From assembly GCA_951406725.2 (NCBI GenBank), contig OX597828.1:13764001-13828000 (forward strand): DNA of 64,000 nucleotides. The letters are read 5' to 3'. Positions 25,493 through 40,089 of the stretch are shown piece by piece. Position 1 is the first letter of the stretch. Each line of letters begins with the position of its first letter. The notes beneath the pieces were generated by a model. The model saw only the letters and a program-made list of their open reading frames with translations, was not told the DNA's origin and made no database searches. A program made the position numbers and the translations under genes. Origin of the DNA: Octopus vulgaris. Its lineage: Eukaryota.

Positions 25493-26395
25493 TATTGGGT
25501 TGTCGGATAAGCTCGTTGGTTTTTTTCCAAATTTTTGGATCCTTATTTTTCATCAATGAGTTTAATAAATCAGTCAGTTATATGTTCTCCTTCATTGGGC
25601 GCGACTTATTGCCAATGTTCCACTAGCTTTACTAAACCACCGAGTCTTGACTCGAAGAATCCATCGAGTCACATTTTCAGTTCCCCGTCGTTGTTGTACG
25701 AAACTCCTCACAGACTGTTGGAGAGCGACCAAAAAAAGAAAAAAAAAAAAGAAAAGGTAATGATCTGAAGACACTGTATCGGAGGAGTTTGGTTGATGGT
25801 GTAGAACTTCCCAGTCAAGCTTCCGAATAGCATTTTTGGTCAAATTAGCACCGTAGGTTCGAGCGTCGTCGTGTTGAAGAAACATGCACGACGGGCGAAA
25901 TGCTTAGGGGTATTTCGTCTGTCTTTACGTTCTGAGTTCAAATTTCGCCGGGTCGGCTTTGCCTTTCAACCTTTCGGGGTCGATAAATCAAGTACCAGTT
26001 ACGCACTGGGGTCGATGTAATCGATTTAATCCGTTTGTCTGTCCTTGTTTGTCCCCTCTATGTTTAGCTCCCTTGTGGGCAATAAAGAAATAAGAAACAT
26101 GCAGTGTCGCCGGTCGGGTCGTTTCAGCTAGATTGCTTCGTTGGGCCGGTGTATTTGTTGGACGCAAAGCTTTGCATTGACTGTGTCGTTGTATCCTTCC
26201 AAACACAGATAACTATCTTGCGTAGATGCAGTTCTGGCTTGGCTTCTAGGTGTTGCTTGCTTGTTGAGACTCCGTCGTTCGTTTTTTCTACTTCATATTG
26301 GCATCAAGATGTCATTTTTCATCGCCGGTGATAATGCGGTAAAGAAATCTCCGATTGTGTCTACGAGTAGTCTGGGGCCGATTGAGCAAACTGGT
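25493..26395 (-). mobile_element. Decayed mariner, 3' half, interrupted by a SINE
   Basis: TIR TATTGGGTTGTCGG; peptides FLYRIITGDEK, FLQHDDART and LDWEVLHHQPNSSD..SSD (HDNARPH / HPPYSPDLAPSD). Confidence 0.85.
25889..26091 (+). mobile_element. 5'-truncated SINE family B inside the mariner
   Basis: 12-bp TSD aagaaacatgca at 25877-25888 and 26092-26103. Confidence 0.88.
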
Positions 26396-26599
26396 GAATA
26401 CACACACACACGAGCGCGTGCTCAAACGCACGCAAACATATAAAACACACACAAACGCATTCACAGACGGGTGAGTGTGCGCGCATGCGTTATAGTACAT
26501 GCATTTGCGAGCAGAAGCCTCCTGTCGATTTCAAGTAAAATTCTTCAAGGCGGTGCCCCAACATGGCAGCAGTAAAAGATAAAAGAAAAAAAACTATTA

Positions 26600-27100
<501 letters not shown>

Positions 27101-28062
27101 AATGTTTGGTTGAGTTTTTCTCCTCTTTCATAAATTACGGGTTTTGAGCTTCTGGTCACCCACTCAAATCAGCCTTTCATCTTTTAATACTAACCAATCA
27201 GACACTGATCTTTAGTTCTATGTTACAAACTTCCTGTTTTAAAACGAATCTAAATTAAAATCTATTAAAATCTTCACGTTAATTTATGTTGCCAAACATC
27301 AGCTTAAAAAAAAAAAATATCGACCAAATTATTTTAGAATATTCCCCGTTATTTATGAAATTAATTGAATTAAGGAGGGTGTATTTCAACGGAAATATGG
27401 TAACAAAAGGATTCAGTCGCCGTTTCTTTGTGTTTAAGTTGATTGTTGCAAGGTCACTTTGACCTTCTGATCATATTAGTACAAAACAGTGAGGAATCAT
27501 CTGCGGTTCATGTTCAGCTCACTTTTCATTGACGTTGACAAGACTTATCGATAAGCAAAGAGAAGGAAAGAAAGCCATTTATTTATTTATTTATCTATTT
27601 ATTTATTTACTTATTTATTTATTTATTTATTTCAAGCATCAAGAAGAACGCCTGAACAGACTAAAAGAAATATAACTCTAATGCCAAACCCCAAAATAAC
27701 ATTTAGATGTTGTTTGCTGTTAAATCCTTTTGGTTGCTTTCTATGAAGGAGGATAACAGAATAGAATAGAAGTTAACCAAAATTTGGAATTTGCACCTGA
27801 GGAAATTATAAGCTGTTTACAAAATGTTCCCGTAGACAATGCACCGAGCGAACCTCTCTGTGAGTGTTCTGACTCCTGGAAATAGCAGCCATGTTTGCAT
27901 CAAACTACACCGTACCCCCTTCAAAGAAAAAAATAAATAAATAAAAAGACAAAAGGGAAGGATAAATTGAACAGTGCAGTCCTAGATATTCGAACATATG
28001 AGATAATCATGGCTGGAACGTCTTTGATTGTGCATCTGTTCGATACAAGGTGACTTGGGACT

Positions 28063-28281
28063 CGTATCAGGACAAATACCCCCACCCCACCGAGGATAAT
28101 TCCTCATCTCCACACGAGGACAATTGCCCCTCTCATAGGACAATTCCCCGACGACAACTACCCCCTAGGACAATTACCCCCGCCTTGGTTAAATACCCCC
28201 TCTCTAATATATTAGTTTTAAATCATCATCTGTTGTCCTTGGGGTGGGGATATTATCCATGGGAGTAAATGTCCTAGACTC
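28063..28281. mobile_element. MITE with subterminal ggacaattncccc repeats
   Basis: About five ggacaa..cccc motifs on the left and inverted versions on the right; 9-bp direct repeat cttgggact at 28054-28062 and 28282-28290. Confidence 0.75.
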
Positions 28282-28566
28282 CTTGGGACTGGATAGCAAC
28301 AATTGGCGTAAAGTAGAACAGATTTAATTAAAAGATCATATTAATTAGTTGGTTTGATCCTTGATAATTGTATCTTAACAACTGGTAATTTTTTTCCAAA
28401 CTGAGTTTCATATTCTTTCTCTCTTTAAGACGGTGAGCTGGCAGAATCATTAGCACGAAGAGAAAATTGCTTAGCGGCATTTCATCTTTCTTTACGTTTT
28501 GAGTTCAAATTCCGCCGAGGTTGACTTTGCCTTTCATCTTTTCGGAGTTGATAAAACAAGAACAGT

Positions 28567-28880
28567 GGAGGCGCAATGGCCCAGTGGTTAGGGCAGCGGA
28601 CTCGTGGTTGGAGGACGGCGGTTTCGATTCCCAGACCGGGCGTTGTGTATATTTATTGAGCGAAAACACCTAAAGCTCCACGAGGCTCCGGCAGGGGGTG
28701 GTGGTGATCCCTGTTGTACTCTTTCGCCCCAACTTTCTCCCACTCTTTCTTCCTGTTTCTTGAGTAACGCTGCGATGGACTGGCGTCCCGTCCAGCTGGG
28801 GGGAACACTTACGCCACAGAAACCAGGAAACTGGGCCCATGAGCCTGGCTAGGTTTGAAAAGGGCGCATAAATAAAAAAT
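28567..28880 (+). mobile_element. tRNA-derived SINE family D with V-domain-like body, nested in a family B SINE
   Basis: A box TGGCCCAGTGG, B box GGTTTCGATTCCC, then ctgcgatggactggcgtcccgtccag; flanked by aaaacaag(a/t)aca. Confidence 0.8.
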
Positions 28881-29538
28881 AAAAAAAAACAAGTACAAGT
28901 TGAGTACTGGAGTGGGGGGGGGTCAATGTAATCGATTCACCCTCTCCCCACAAAATTGCTGGCCATTTGCCAAAATTTGAAACCAATATTCTTCCTCTCT
29001 TTAAGGTGGTGAGCTGGCAGAATTGTTAGCACGCTAGGTAAAATGCTTGGTGGCATTTCATCCATTTTTATGCTCTGAGTTCAAATTCCACTGAGGTAGA
29101 ATTTGCCTTTCATCCTGTCGGGGTCGATAAAATAAATGACAGTTGAGCACTCGTGTCGATGTAATCAACCTACCCACTCCTCTAAAATTGAGGGTCTTGT
29201 GTATTTAGTAGAAGCGATCTGTCTCTACAAGAATATAAAATTGATTCCTTACCATGAGTTCCATAGAATGCCAAAGAATATGATGCGTATGTAAACAACA
29301 AAATCTTTGTTTACTTGTGTTGTTCAGGAGACTTTGGGTTGCATAAAAGAATAAATTTAGTTGAGACAACGGACGATTGAAGTTTGATAGTTTATTGATT
29401 GATTTTTACCAATATTTTCTCACCCATCGTTAAATATTCTGCCTTGTGAGACTGATGTATTGATCTGGGACAGGTCAGAAAATTGATACGAATATGTGAT
29501 TTTGATGTATAGATAGACAGACATACACACATACATAC

Positions 29539-29607
<69 letters not shown>

Positions 29608-29738
29608 CATACATACATACATACATACATACATACATACATACATACATACATACATACATACATACATAATTACATGCATGCATGCATACATAAATAC
29701 ATACAAATGCACACATATAGACATATACATGCATATAC

Positions 29739-29776
<38 letters not shown>

Positions 29777-30759
29777 TACATTTAATCGTTTAACTATATA
29801 AACATACGTAAGGGTAAAGACCCCCTTCGGTCATGAATGACCATGGGATTGCACCTAGGAAGTTACCCTCCTAGACACAAGTCCGGGCAAGGTTGTTTAT
29901 GGAAGGCCAGCAGTCGCCCATGCATACCAGCCTCCCCTCTCCACGCCACCAGTGTTATCCAAGGGAAAGACAAAGGTCGATACAGCTTGGCACCAGTGAC
30001 GTCGCAACTCTTTTCTACAGCTGAGTGAACTGGAGCAACGTGAAATAAAGTGCTTTGCTCAAGAACACAACACGCAGCCCGGTCCGGGATTCGAGCTCAC
30101 AACCTCACGATCGTAAGCTCGACGCTCTAACCACTGAGCCATGCGTATACATAGGCATATATGCATTTATACACAGGTGCAGGTCTGGATATCATTGCAT
30201 GTGTTGATCAAACATATATTGGCATGTCTATACGCGTGAATATTTAGTTATGACATGCTAAACCTCCCGAATGTCTCACATATTTTGACAGTACCGTTGG
30301 TAGCTTATACTGTAATCTCCTTATAAGGTGCGTTCTTATTGGTTTTTGCTAAATCCAACTTCTTGAGTTTGGATACGAGTCAGTTAGTCTTGAATCCATA
30401 TGCTTCAATAATAATCATAGATAGAAATCTAAAGCTATTGTTTAGCAGGAGTAACAGATTTATCATTTGTTCGGCAGAGATATTTTCTTTTTCAATAATC
30501 TTTAACATTACGTTATATTATTATATTATCTGCTGGACAACTGTTCAACCACTGTGTGTGATTTATTTTTTTCTGTTTCAGATCATTACATCTGGTCAGC
30601 TATTCTGCTATTCTTGTATGTTACCGAAGTTTTGACAAGAACTTTCCACGAGTATCTGCCTGTCTGCCTGTCGGCCTGTCTTGCGAATTGCCACCTTAAT
30701 AATTTGTGTGTGTGTGCGTGCATGTATATATACGTTTCTGTATATGTATACGAATGGTA

Positions 30760-30799
<40 letters not shown>

Positions 30800-30810
30800 G
30801 TATATATGTA

Positions 30811-30877
<67 letters not shown>

Positions 30878-30954
30878 ATATATATATGTATACACATATA
30901 TATAGTATGCATATACATACTACATATATATATATAAGCACATACATATATATG

Positions 30955-31076
<122 letters not shown>

Positions 31077-31586
31077 GAGGGAAAGGAATATTCAACAAGA
31101 TCTGAAATATTGCTTTTTTTTAAATCTTAAAAGTATATTTGAAGCCTCATCTTTATCGAATGCCAAATAATAGAGCTTAATTCACACTCTTTCACACTGA
31201 AATTCAAATTGGAGGGTCGGTGATATATAAGCGAGGGACGAGCACCAAGGACTGTGTTTGGTATAGGTGTGTGAAGGACTTTAATCCTGTTTTATTTATT
31301 TTTGTTTTGCAGTTCCTTTTTATTCTTCATTCTTTGTTGTGAAGTTACATTAGTTAAAGATACAAATAATAAAAAAAAAAAGATGTATGCCATTTTCTAT
31401 CAATGTATTCACGTGGTTCAGTGGGTTAGGCTGTTACACTCACGATCGCTAGATCAGTTGGTCATAAATTCTAGGCTTCTTGAACATTGGCGGGGGGAGG
31501 GGCATCATCCTGCTTCTTCTTCTTCTTCTTCTTCTTCTTCTTCTTCTTCTTCTTCTTCTTCTTCTTCTTCTTCTTCTTCTTCTTCT

Positions 31587-31618
<32 letters not shown>

Positions 31619-31682
31619 TTCTTATTCTTTGTTGTGAAGTTACATTACTACCACTACCACCACCACCACCACCACCACCACC

Positions 31683-31727
<45 letters not shown>

Positions 31728-31732
31728 GCTGA

Positions 31733-32080
31733 TTATATCGACCCCAGTGCGTAACTGGTACTTTTTTAATCGACCCCGAAAGGATGAAAGGCAATGTCGA
31801 CCTCGGCGGAATTTGAACTCAGAACGTAGCGGCAGACAAAATACCTATTTCTTTACTTCCCGCAAGGGGCTAAACACAGAGGGGACAAACAAGTACAGAC
31901 AAACGGATTAAGTCGATTATATCGACTCCAGTGCGGCGTAACTGGTACTAATTTAATTGACTCTGAAAGGATGAAAGGCAAAGTCGTCCTCGGCGGAATT
32001 TGAACTCAGAACGTAACGGCAGACGAAATACCGCTAAGCATTTCGACCGGCGTGCTAACGGTTCTGCCAGCTCGCCGCCT
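31733..32080 (-). mobile_element. SINE family B, internally duplicated form
   Basis: Two tandem body units; the same junction (aaatacctatttctttact) recurs in the copy at ~41985-42400. Confidence 0.82.
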
Positions 32081-32084
32081 TAAT

Positions 32085-32521
32085 ACCTGCTGCTGATCTA
32101 CTTTAGTATTAGTTACATCTATTATTGATCTACTGCTCACATCTGTTGCTGATCCCCTTCAGTATTAGCTACATATGTTGTTGATATACTTAACATCTGG
32201 TGCAGATCTACTTCAGTATTAGCTAGATCTGTTGTTGATCTACTCCTAACATCCGTTACTGATCTCCAGTATTAGCTACATCTGTTTTCCATATACTTAA
32301 CATCAGTTAGTGATCTCCTTCAGTATTACATCTGTTGCTGTTTTAATCCAACGACGGACTGTTGTAACGTCCACTCCGGTATAGCAGTATAATTAGTTAG
32401 GCAAGTAAGACACGACTGTCTATAACCGACTTCGCCGATTTCTTGATCTCCTACGTCACAGCATTTGTAACGACATCACATACCACTCGTCATGTGAGGG
32501 GGGAGTGTTCCATTATTATTA

Positions 32522-32586
<65 letters not shown>

Positions 32587-32866
32587 GTTGTTGTTGTTGT
32601 TGTTGTTATTGTTGTTGTTGTTATTATTATCATTGTTGAGTGAGAGAGCAGTGCATGCCATCAAAGTGACACTGGGGTAAAATATACGAAGCCCAGTATA
32701 CCCATCATGACTACCCGTCTGATAAGGGTACACTAGGCACATGCATCGCAACCATATGTGCGCGACATGGTGATCTCATATCAAGATAAACAGCGCATGA
32801 CCTTGCAGATGGGGCCCAGTCAGAATTTTCTTCTGGTCGAGTAGCCTATCCTTCTCAAAAGGTCCC

Positions 32867-32938
<72 letters not shown>

Positions 32939-33520
32939 CCCCATAACAGTTGCTGATCTACTTCAGTATTAGCTGTTACATCTGTTATCGATCTATTGAT
33001 AACATATTTTACTAATCTACATCAACATTAGTTACGTGTGTTTTTCCACGAATTACGTATTGGCTGGTAGAAACATTTTAGCGCGCCGGGCGAAATGCTT
33101 AGCGGTATTTCGTTTGTCTTTACGTTCTGATTTCAAATTCCGCTGAAGTCGACTTTGCCTTTCATCCTTTCGGGGTCAATAAATTAAGCACTAGTTGCGT
33201 ACTGGAGTCGATCTAATCGACTGCCCCCCCCCCCACCAGCACCAGATAATTTCGGGCCTTGTGCCTAGAGTAGAATAGAATATTTGTTTTCTCAATTATT
33301 GTGTCAGTCACATCTGTTTCTGATCAATCACTGTGTCGCCTACATCTGTCGTTGATCTATCACTGTGTTTACTATTTCTGTTGCTGATCTATTTTAGTAT
33401 CGGCCACATCTTTTCTTATTTAACTCTATGCCAGCGACACCTATTGGCGGTCTGTCACTGTGTTGGCTACATATGCTGTTGATTGATATATTACAATGTC
33501 GGCTAATTCTGTGGCCGGTA
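32085..33520. repeat. Degenerate minisatellite interrupted by later insertions
   Basis: Unit ~acatctgttgctgatctacttcagtattagct at 32085-32345, 32945-33045 and 33300-33520. Confidence 0.7.
32638..32867 (-). mobile_element. 5'-truncated copy of the AAT-embedded non-coding element
   Basis: Same 3' end as 16778 and 63207; (ATT)n-type repeats on both sides. Confidence 0.8.
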
Positions 33521-34469
33521 TAGCACTCTTTGCTATATTTGTTTAAATTCTGCATCTTCTATCACTCTCTTTTGCCAAACCGCTAACCTACAAAGATAAC
33601 ACAAACAAACACTTCTTACCAAGTAGTGAAAGGAGACAAACACAAAGATACTCACACATATATGGATACATAGATATACATACATATATACATCGGAGTT
33701 GCACACAGTTTCTGTCTGCCAAATTCTCTCACAAGGGATTGGTTGGTCTGTTGGCCCTAAGATCTGAACACGAAAGCCCGTGAAGCCAAATTCCGGACCA
33801 CACAGCCATGCTTGCGTCTATAGCATCATATTTTCAATATATCATCATAATAGTTTCCATAAATTATAATATAACATCGTATATTTAGCGTATCGTCATA
33901 GCTTCAATATATTATCAAACCTATATTATAATTTCGATATATTATATCTTCAATATATCACCATAGCTTTCAATATACCATCAAAGCAGCGATATAACAT
34001 CATAACTTCGATATAATATTGTAGGTTAAATAATTTCCTTGCAGCTTTCCAAATTCTACAATAGTTGGAATTTTGTGTTTACCAGTTGTTTATTTACCTC
34101 GTCAGAAAATTTTGAACTGAATCGTGCACTCACAGACACACAGACATGCACTCTTACCCCGGCGTTGCCCGGGATTAAAATTTCATACCTTTTTATTGTT
34201 TTACTTGTTTCGGGCATGTGACTGCGGCCATGCTGGAGCAACGCCTTTATTCGAAGAAATCGACCCTAGGATTTATTCTTTGTAAGCCTAGTACTTATTC
34301 TACCGGTTTCTTTTGTCAAACGGCTAAGTTACGGGGACGTAAACGCAGCAACATCGGAGGACAAACACAGACACGCACACACACACACATATACATATAT
34401 ATAGATGTGTGTCGGCTTTGAGGAATATTATTGACCTTGAAATAATTTGTCTCTTTCTAATAAATATTT

Positions 34470-34562
<93 letters not shown>

Positions 34563-34564
<2 letters not shown>

Positions 34565-34853
34565 GTTTAAATATTTGTTGTGCAAGATTTTTTATGTGAA
34601 GTCGTGTGTTGAAACAGATATTGTTATATTTCGGAATGGTCATTTTGCCAGTTTAGCCAATAAAAACACACGCACTATATAAAGATAAAAGATGAAGACA
34701 GGTGGTGTAGACAACAAAGAGATGTATTAGTATAACGCTCGGGAAGTGAAAAAGTCTTAAACGTTTCGAGCCTATGCTCTTCCACAGAAAGAAACAGGGA
34801 GAGAAAATAAAGAATGTGTAGTGGCTAGAGATGTATCATATATAAATAAATAA

Positions 34854-34913
<60 letters not shown>

Positions 34914-35232
34914 ATATTTCGGAATGGTCATTTTGCCAGTTTAGCCAATAAAAACACACGCACTATATATTTGGTGTTACTTTGCTTCAGTGTTATTTAT
35001 TTTTTATATTAATCTTAATCTTATTTCGGCCAGATATATATATATATTTATTTATTTATATATGATACATCTCTAGCCACTACACATTCTTTATTTTCTC
35101 TCCCTTTTTCTTTCTGTGGAAGACCATAGGCTCGAAACGTTTAAGACTTTTTCACTTCCCGAGCGTTATACTAATACATCTCTTTGTTGTCTACACCACC
35201 TGTCTTCATCTTTTATTTTTTTGTGAATTTTT

Positions 35233-35235
<3 letters not shown>
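34563..35235. mobile_element. PLE pseudo-LTR-like cluster in (TA)n, with direct and inverted segments
   Basis: ~34685-34865 is inverted at ~35040-35213; ~34618-34680 is repeated at ~34906-34968; contains GAAGAGC..GCTCGAAACGTT. Confidence 0.65.
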
Positions 35236-35326
<91 letters not shown>

Positions 35327-35740
35327 TGTGTCTGTGTTTGTCTCCCCAACATCGCTTGACAACCGATGCTGGTGTGTTTACGTCCCCGTAACTTAGCGGT
35401 TCGACAAAATAGACCGATAGAATAACTACTGGGCTTACAAAGAATAAGTCCTGGGGGCGATTTGCTCGACAAAAAGCGGTGCTACAGCATGGCCACAGTC
35501 AAATGACTGAAACAAGTAAAAGAGTAAAAAAGAGAGAGTAAAATTGAATAGCAATGACGTTTCTGATAATTACTTTCCTCGTTAAAGTAGAAATTAATTA
35601 CCAGAAAAGTCATTCTTCTTCACTTTTCATTTATAGACAATAATACAAAGGACATTTCTATTTCTGTTGATACAATGTGGGTGTGTGTATGTGTGAGTGA
35701 GTGAGTGTGTGTGTGATGTGCGTGTGTGAGTATATATATA

Positions 35741-35788
<48 letters not shown>

Positions 35789-36029
35789 TTTATACATACC
35801 ACACACACACACTCACACGCATACGTATAAATACCTACGTACAATGCATATATGCATGTAAGTGTATGTATGCACACACATACACACACACATACATATA
35901 TATGTATATATGTATGTATATATGTATATATATATATATATATATATAAATATATATAAATATATAAATATATACATATATATATATACATACATACAGA
36001 CATACATACATACACACACACACACACAC

Positions 36030-36095
<66 letters not shown>

Positions 36096-36404
36096 GTACA
36101 TACATGCATATGTATATAAAATGCGTGGATCAATGATATCCAAAAGTAATTAATGAAATAGTTATCTTTCTGTAACATATTTCCGATATCTTGCAAAGAT
36201 GGAACTATTATAGTTTACTAGCGTCTACTGGGTTGATTTTCATCGCGTAATAATTTTTCAGTCTTATCGCTAATTTCTTGCAGAAAAAACAGAAATACAT
36301 GTTGTTCTCTTTCGTATAAATAATAGATATAAAATTTATCCTTCTATCCGTCCATCCATTCATTGCAAACATGTGTGTGTTTGTGTGTAAAAGCATATAC
36401 GAAT

Positions 36405-36495
<91 letters not shown>

Positions 36496-36496
36496 T

Positions 36497-37379
36497 ATTA
36501 GCTGGTGCACCCAGTAATTCCCAGGGGTAAAGATGTTCTATTGAAACGCCTTATTACTCTGATATAAGAAAGCAATTTCGTTATAACTGCCACAAAAGGT
36601 GTATTTTCCGTCACGAAAAAGAACAAAAACTCAGCCGGAGGAAGGAGAGATTGTTTGGGGTTGGCAAGAGAGGTTTTCGGGGGTTGGTGAAAAAGATTGC
36701 CGAAGGTTGGCAAGAGAGGTCATCGGAGGTTGTCTAGAGAGGTTGTCAGATGTTGTCGAGAGAGGTTTTCGGAGGTTGGCGAGAGAGGTTGTCGTTCACA
36801 GAAAAACTATTGTTTTACCGTGAGAAAAGCGCTGTTGAAGTGTTGAGCGAAATTTGGTTATCGAGGATCGAATCCACGCTATGCCTGCATGAAGCCACCA
36901 CAAATACGTTGCAGAAAAAAATTATCTACTGTCATGAAGAAAGTGTAACTGTAAAAATGCAGAATTATCGGAGTAATGGGCATTCAAAAAAGTATGTATG
37001 TATAGAAATGTATGAATGAAGAGATTCAAATCAATGAAGTGCAATAATAATGTTCAAAACAGTTCAAAACTGGAAGTAGTGAAATGCAGAATTAGGTCGG
37101 CTGATCGTGAGAATCAAATATTGATCGCTTCGCTAAAAACCGCAGGTGGTATGGGTTATTTGCCTTTGGTGATTAAAAAAAAAAGTTCTATGAGGTAGAT
37201 TCAAAGGTCCCTTCCAGGGGCCGTATTATCGATTTTTCCACAATCTAAGTATGTCACAAGGTTTCCAGACATGAGTTCTACTCATGTGTCAAGTTTCATC
37301 AAAATCAATAAAACGATGTAGGAGGAGTTAGATAAGAACGTCACAAACAAACCTACACTGATTTTCTACATATGTAGTA
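36497..37379 (-). mobile_element. Probable non-autonomous Helitron, decayed ends
   Basis: Minus-strand 3' end: hairpin then gctaa(t), a decayed CTAG. 5' part has ttttgatgaaacttgacaca, similar to the Helitron at 24784. Internal ~20-bp gagaggtt minisatellite at 36650-36795. Confidence 0.55.
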
Positions 37380-38173
37380 TATATATATATATATACTACT
37401 AAAATTTCCACTTATTTCTTATTTTTATTTTCCTAAAATTTTCGTTGCGTTTTGCAACCTTTTCAATAGTCTTGCGTATGTGTGCTTGTCTGTTCATATA
37501 ACCTATGTACCTATCCGTCTGTATGTTTATCTGTTTATTTTCATATCCATATGCTTACATAGATGGGCATACACTCACATTCGCCCCCACCCCAAACATA
37601 CATCTATCTACATAAGAGCCCACTAACTATTCTACTCTACCTGTGTAAACTGTGGGTATGGAGGTATGATAGCTACTACGTATATTTCCTATTTAGTATT
37701 GGGGAAGTTTCATTTATAAGGACGTACTCTCGTATTTGTCTGAGTGTTGGGTCTTTTGGATGCTTGGATATGATGCAGATGTTAACTTGACCCAAGTTGC
37801 CTCCATGGTGGTCTTTGTCATGTTGATCCTCCATACTCTACCAACTCCGGATGACTGTTCTGAGAGTCAAAGCGAAAGATCGCCATTCACTTGAAAATAA
37901 TTTTAAAAAAACATTAAAATAGTGTCTGTTTAAAGAAAGCTAAAATATAAATACTTACTGTACAAACAGCTTACATTTTTGAAATCACATTCAGTTAAAA
38001 ATATTTCCAAATGATTAAAATATTGTGAACGTCAAAAAAGTCAACGTTTTTTTTTTTTATTAGAGAGCGCGAAGACTATGTGTATGTCACAGTTAGCAGA
38101 CGTGTGTTTGTATTGATTGACACGCTATGAGATTCATTATATGTGGGTGCATTCTGTATGTGTTTATGCGTGT

Positions 38174-38283
38174 TGACGTCACGGAAGCCATGTTTTTTTA
38201 TCGTCAAGAAATAACAAACAAAAACTGTGTTTAATCGTTTTCACTAATAATTAGAAGTCCAAATAGCACTGCCGAAGGTAAGT
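38174..38283 (+). promoter_or_regulatory. Candidate promoter and non-coding first exon
   Basis: Perfect CRE TGACGTCA (38174-38181) abutting ETS CGGAAG, followed by a consensus donor AAG|GTAAGT at 38277/38278. Confidence 0.5.
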
Positions 38284-38643
38284 ATGAAACTATATATGCA
38301 AAAAACATTAAGATAAAATATACTATTTCTGAGATATTCCGGATACAAACATCTCCAGAGTTTAAGCATTATTAAGATTAGTATTACATTATATAGAAAA
38401 TTAATTTTTCATAGTGAATTTTGGCACTTTCGTTTTTGGCGCGTTCATATTATGCACTTAGTTTAAGTATAAAAATGTAATATTCAGTGAAGATAAAGGA
38501 TCTAATATTTTTTACAGTTATAATTACATTTCTTATTCATGAAATTCTTATTTTAATTCAATCATTAACAATGAAAAATAATTCAAATATTTTTTAACAA
38601 AGCGATATTTATTCGTTTTATTGCATTGCCTGGTAAAAATGTG

Positions 38644-40089
38644 GATTACAATGAAAAACTGCAGGCGTATGCACGTTAATATTCTTAAGGTATTACACCT
38701 GGAAAAGTACAAAACAAGATTTCTACAGTAGAATTTGTCTAAGTCGTCACATCTAAAGGAAACTAAAAAGTACTTAAAATTAAAATTCTACTGTACTTAA
38801 AATGTAGCCGAGAATAACATTTTAAAAATTAAAGTATCAGGTAAATTTGAAATAATTTCTTTTATTTATTATGAGAATCTAAAAAACAAGTAAATCATTA
38901 AAAACATGGTAGAAAAATAATCAAAAATAAATTTAAACAAAAATTATTTTAAAATCATGTCTTTTGAAATATACAATTAAAATAGTCATTTTTTTTAGTT
39001 ATATCAAGTACAAACAATAAAATATTAAGTTGTAAATAATATTGCACAAGAATATTTTTTCACTTGAATTGAAATAGAATGACCATTAAATGGTTTCAAA
39101 TCAACCATATGCTCTATTAAATCTTCCACATTAAAAAAAATGATCTGACAAATAAATCACAAGTAAAATTTATTAGTTAAAATTAATACAGTGGAATTAG
39201 TTTAATTCGTTTTTGGCTAATTCATTACGTCACCTAATTTGTCATTTTCAATTTTCTCCTAGGGATAACTAATTAGGCGAATTCTATTGTATCTTTTAAA
39301 ATTAATTTTACTTCATTTAATTTTTAAAATACTGCTTTTCTCAAAAATAAGCCCATGGACTTAAATATATATATATATATACTCTTTTACTCTTTTACTT
39401 GTTTCAGTCATTTGACTGCGGCCATGCTTGAGCACCGCCTTTAGTCGAGCAAATCGACCCCCAGGGTTTATTCTTTGTAAGCCTAGTACTTATTCTATCG
39501 GTCTCTTTTGCCGAACCGCTAAGTTACGGGGACGTAAACACACCAGCATCGGTTGCCAAGCGATGTTGGGGGGGACAAACACAGACACATAAACACACAC
39601 ATATACATATATACGACGGGCTTCTTTCAGTTTCCGTCTACCAAATCCACTCAAAAGGCTTTGGTCGGCCCGAGGCTATAGTAGAAGACATTTGCCCAAG
39701 GTGCCACGCAGTGGGACTGAACCCGGAACCATGTGGTTGGTAAGCAAGCTACTTACCACACAGCCACTCCTGCGCCTATATATTTGAGAATAATAAAAAT
39801 TACTGGGGCTATACATGAAAAAGCTTAAAATCGGATGAGCTTATTTTTGGAAAAACCCAGTAATGTTTTTATAGTTTTTGTTTTAATAAAATATAGTAAA
39901 TTTTTTAAATGTTATTCTCGGCTGCAATATTTTAAGTACAGTAGAATTTTAATTTTAAGTGCTTTTTAGTTTTCTTTAGAGGTGAGGAATTTGGTAAATT
40001 CTACTGCAGAAATCTTGTTGTGTACTATTTCAGGTATATAATAACTTAAGAATATTTACATGCATGCGCCCGCAGTTTACATTGTAATT
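38644..40089. mobile_element. Old foldback-type element with ~190-bp inverted arms
   Basis: 38644-38830 and 39898-40089 are diverged reverse complements; a second inverted pair at ~39333-39356 and ~39835-39858; family A SINE at 39381-39779 inside. Confidence 0.75.

Noticed and set aside
28567-28640. tRNA-like A/B boxes as tRNA genes
   Set aside because: There is no full cloverleaf; these are SINE heads that continue into shared bodies.
32085-33520. Repeat-spacer appearance (CRISPR-like)
   Set aside because: The units are degenerate and contiguous with no unique spacers; the context is eukaryotic and no cas genes are present.
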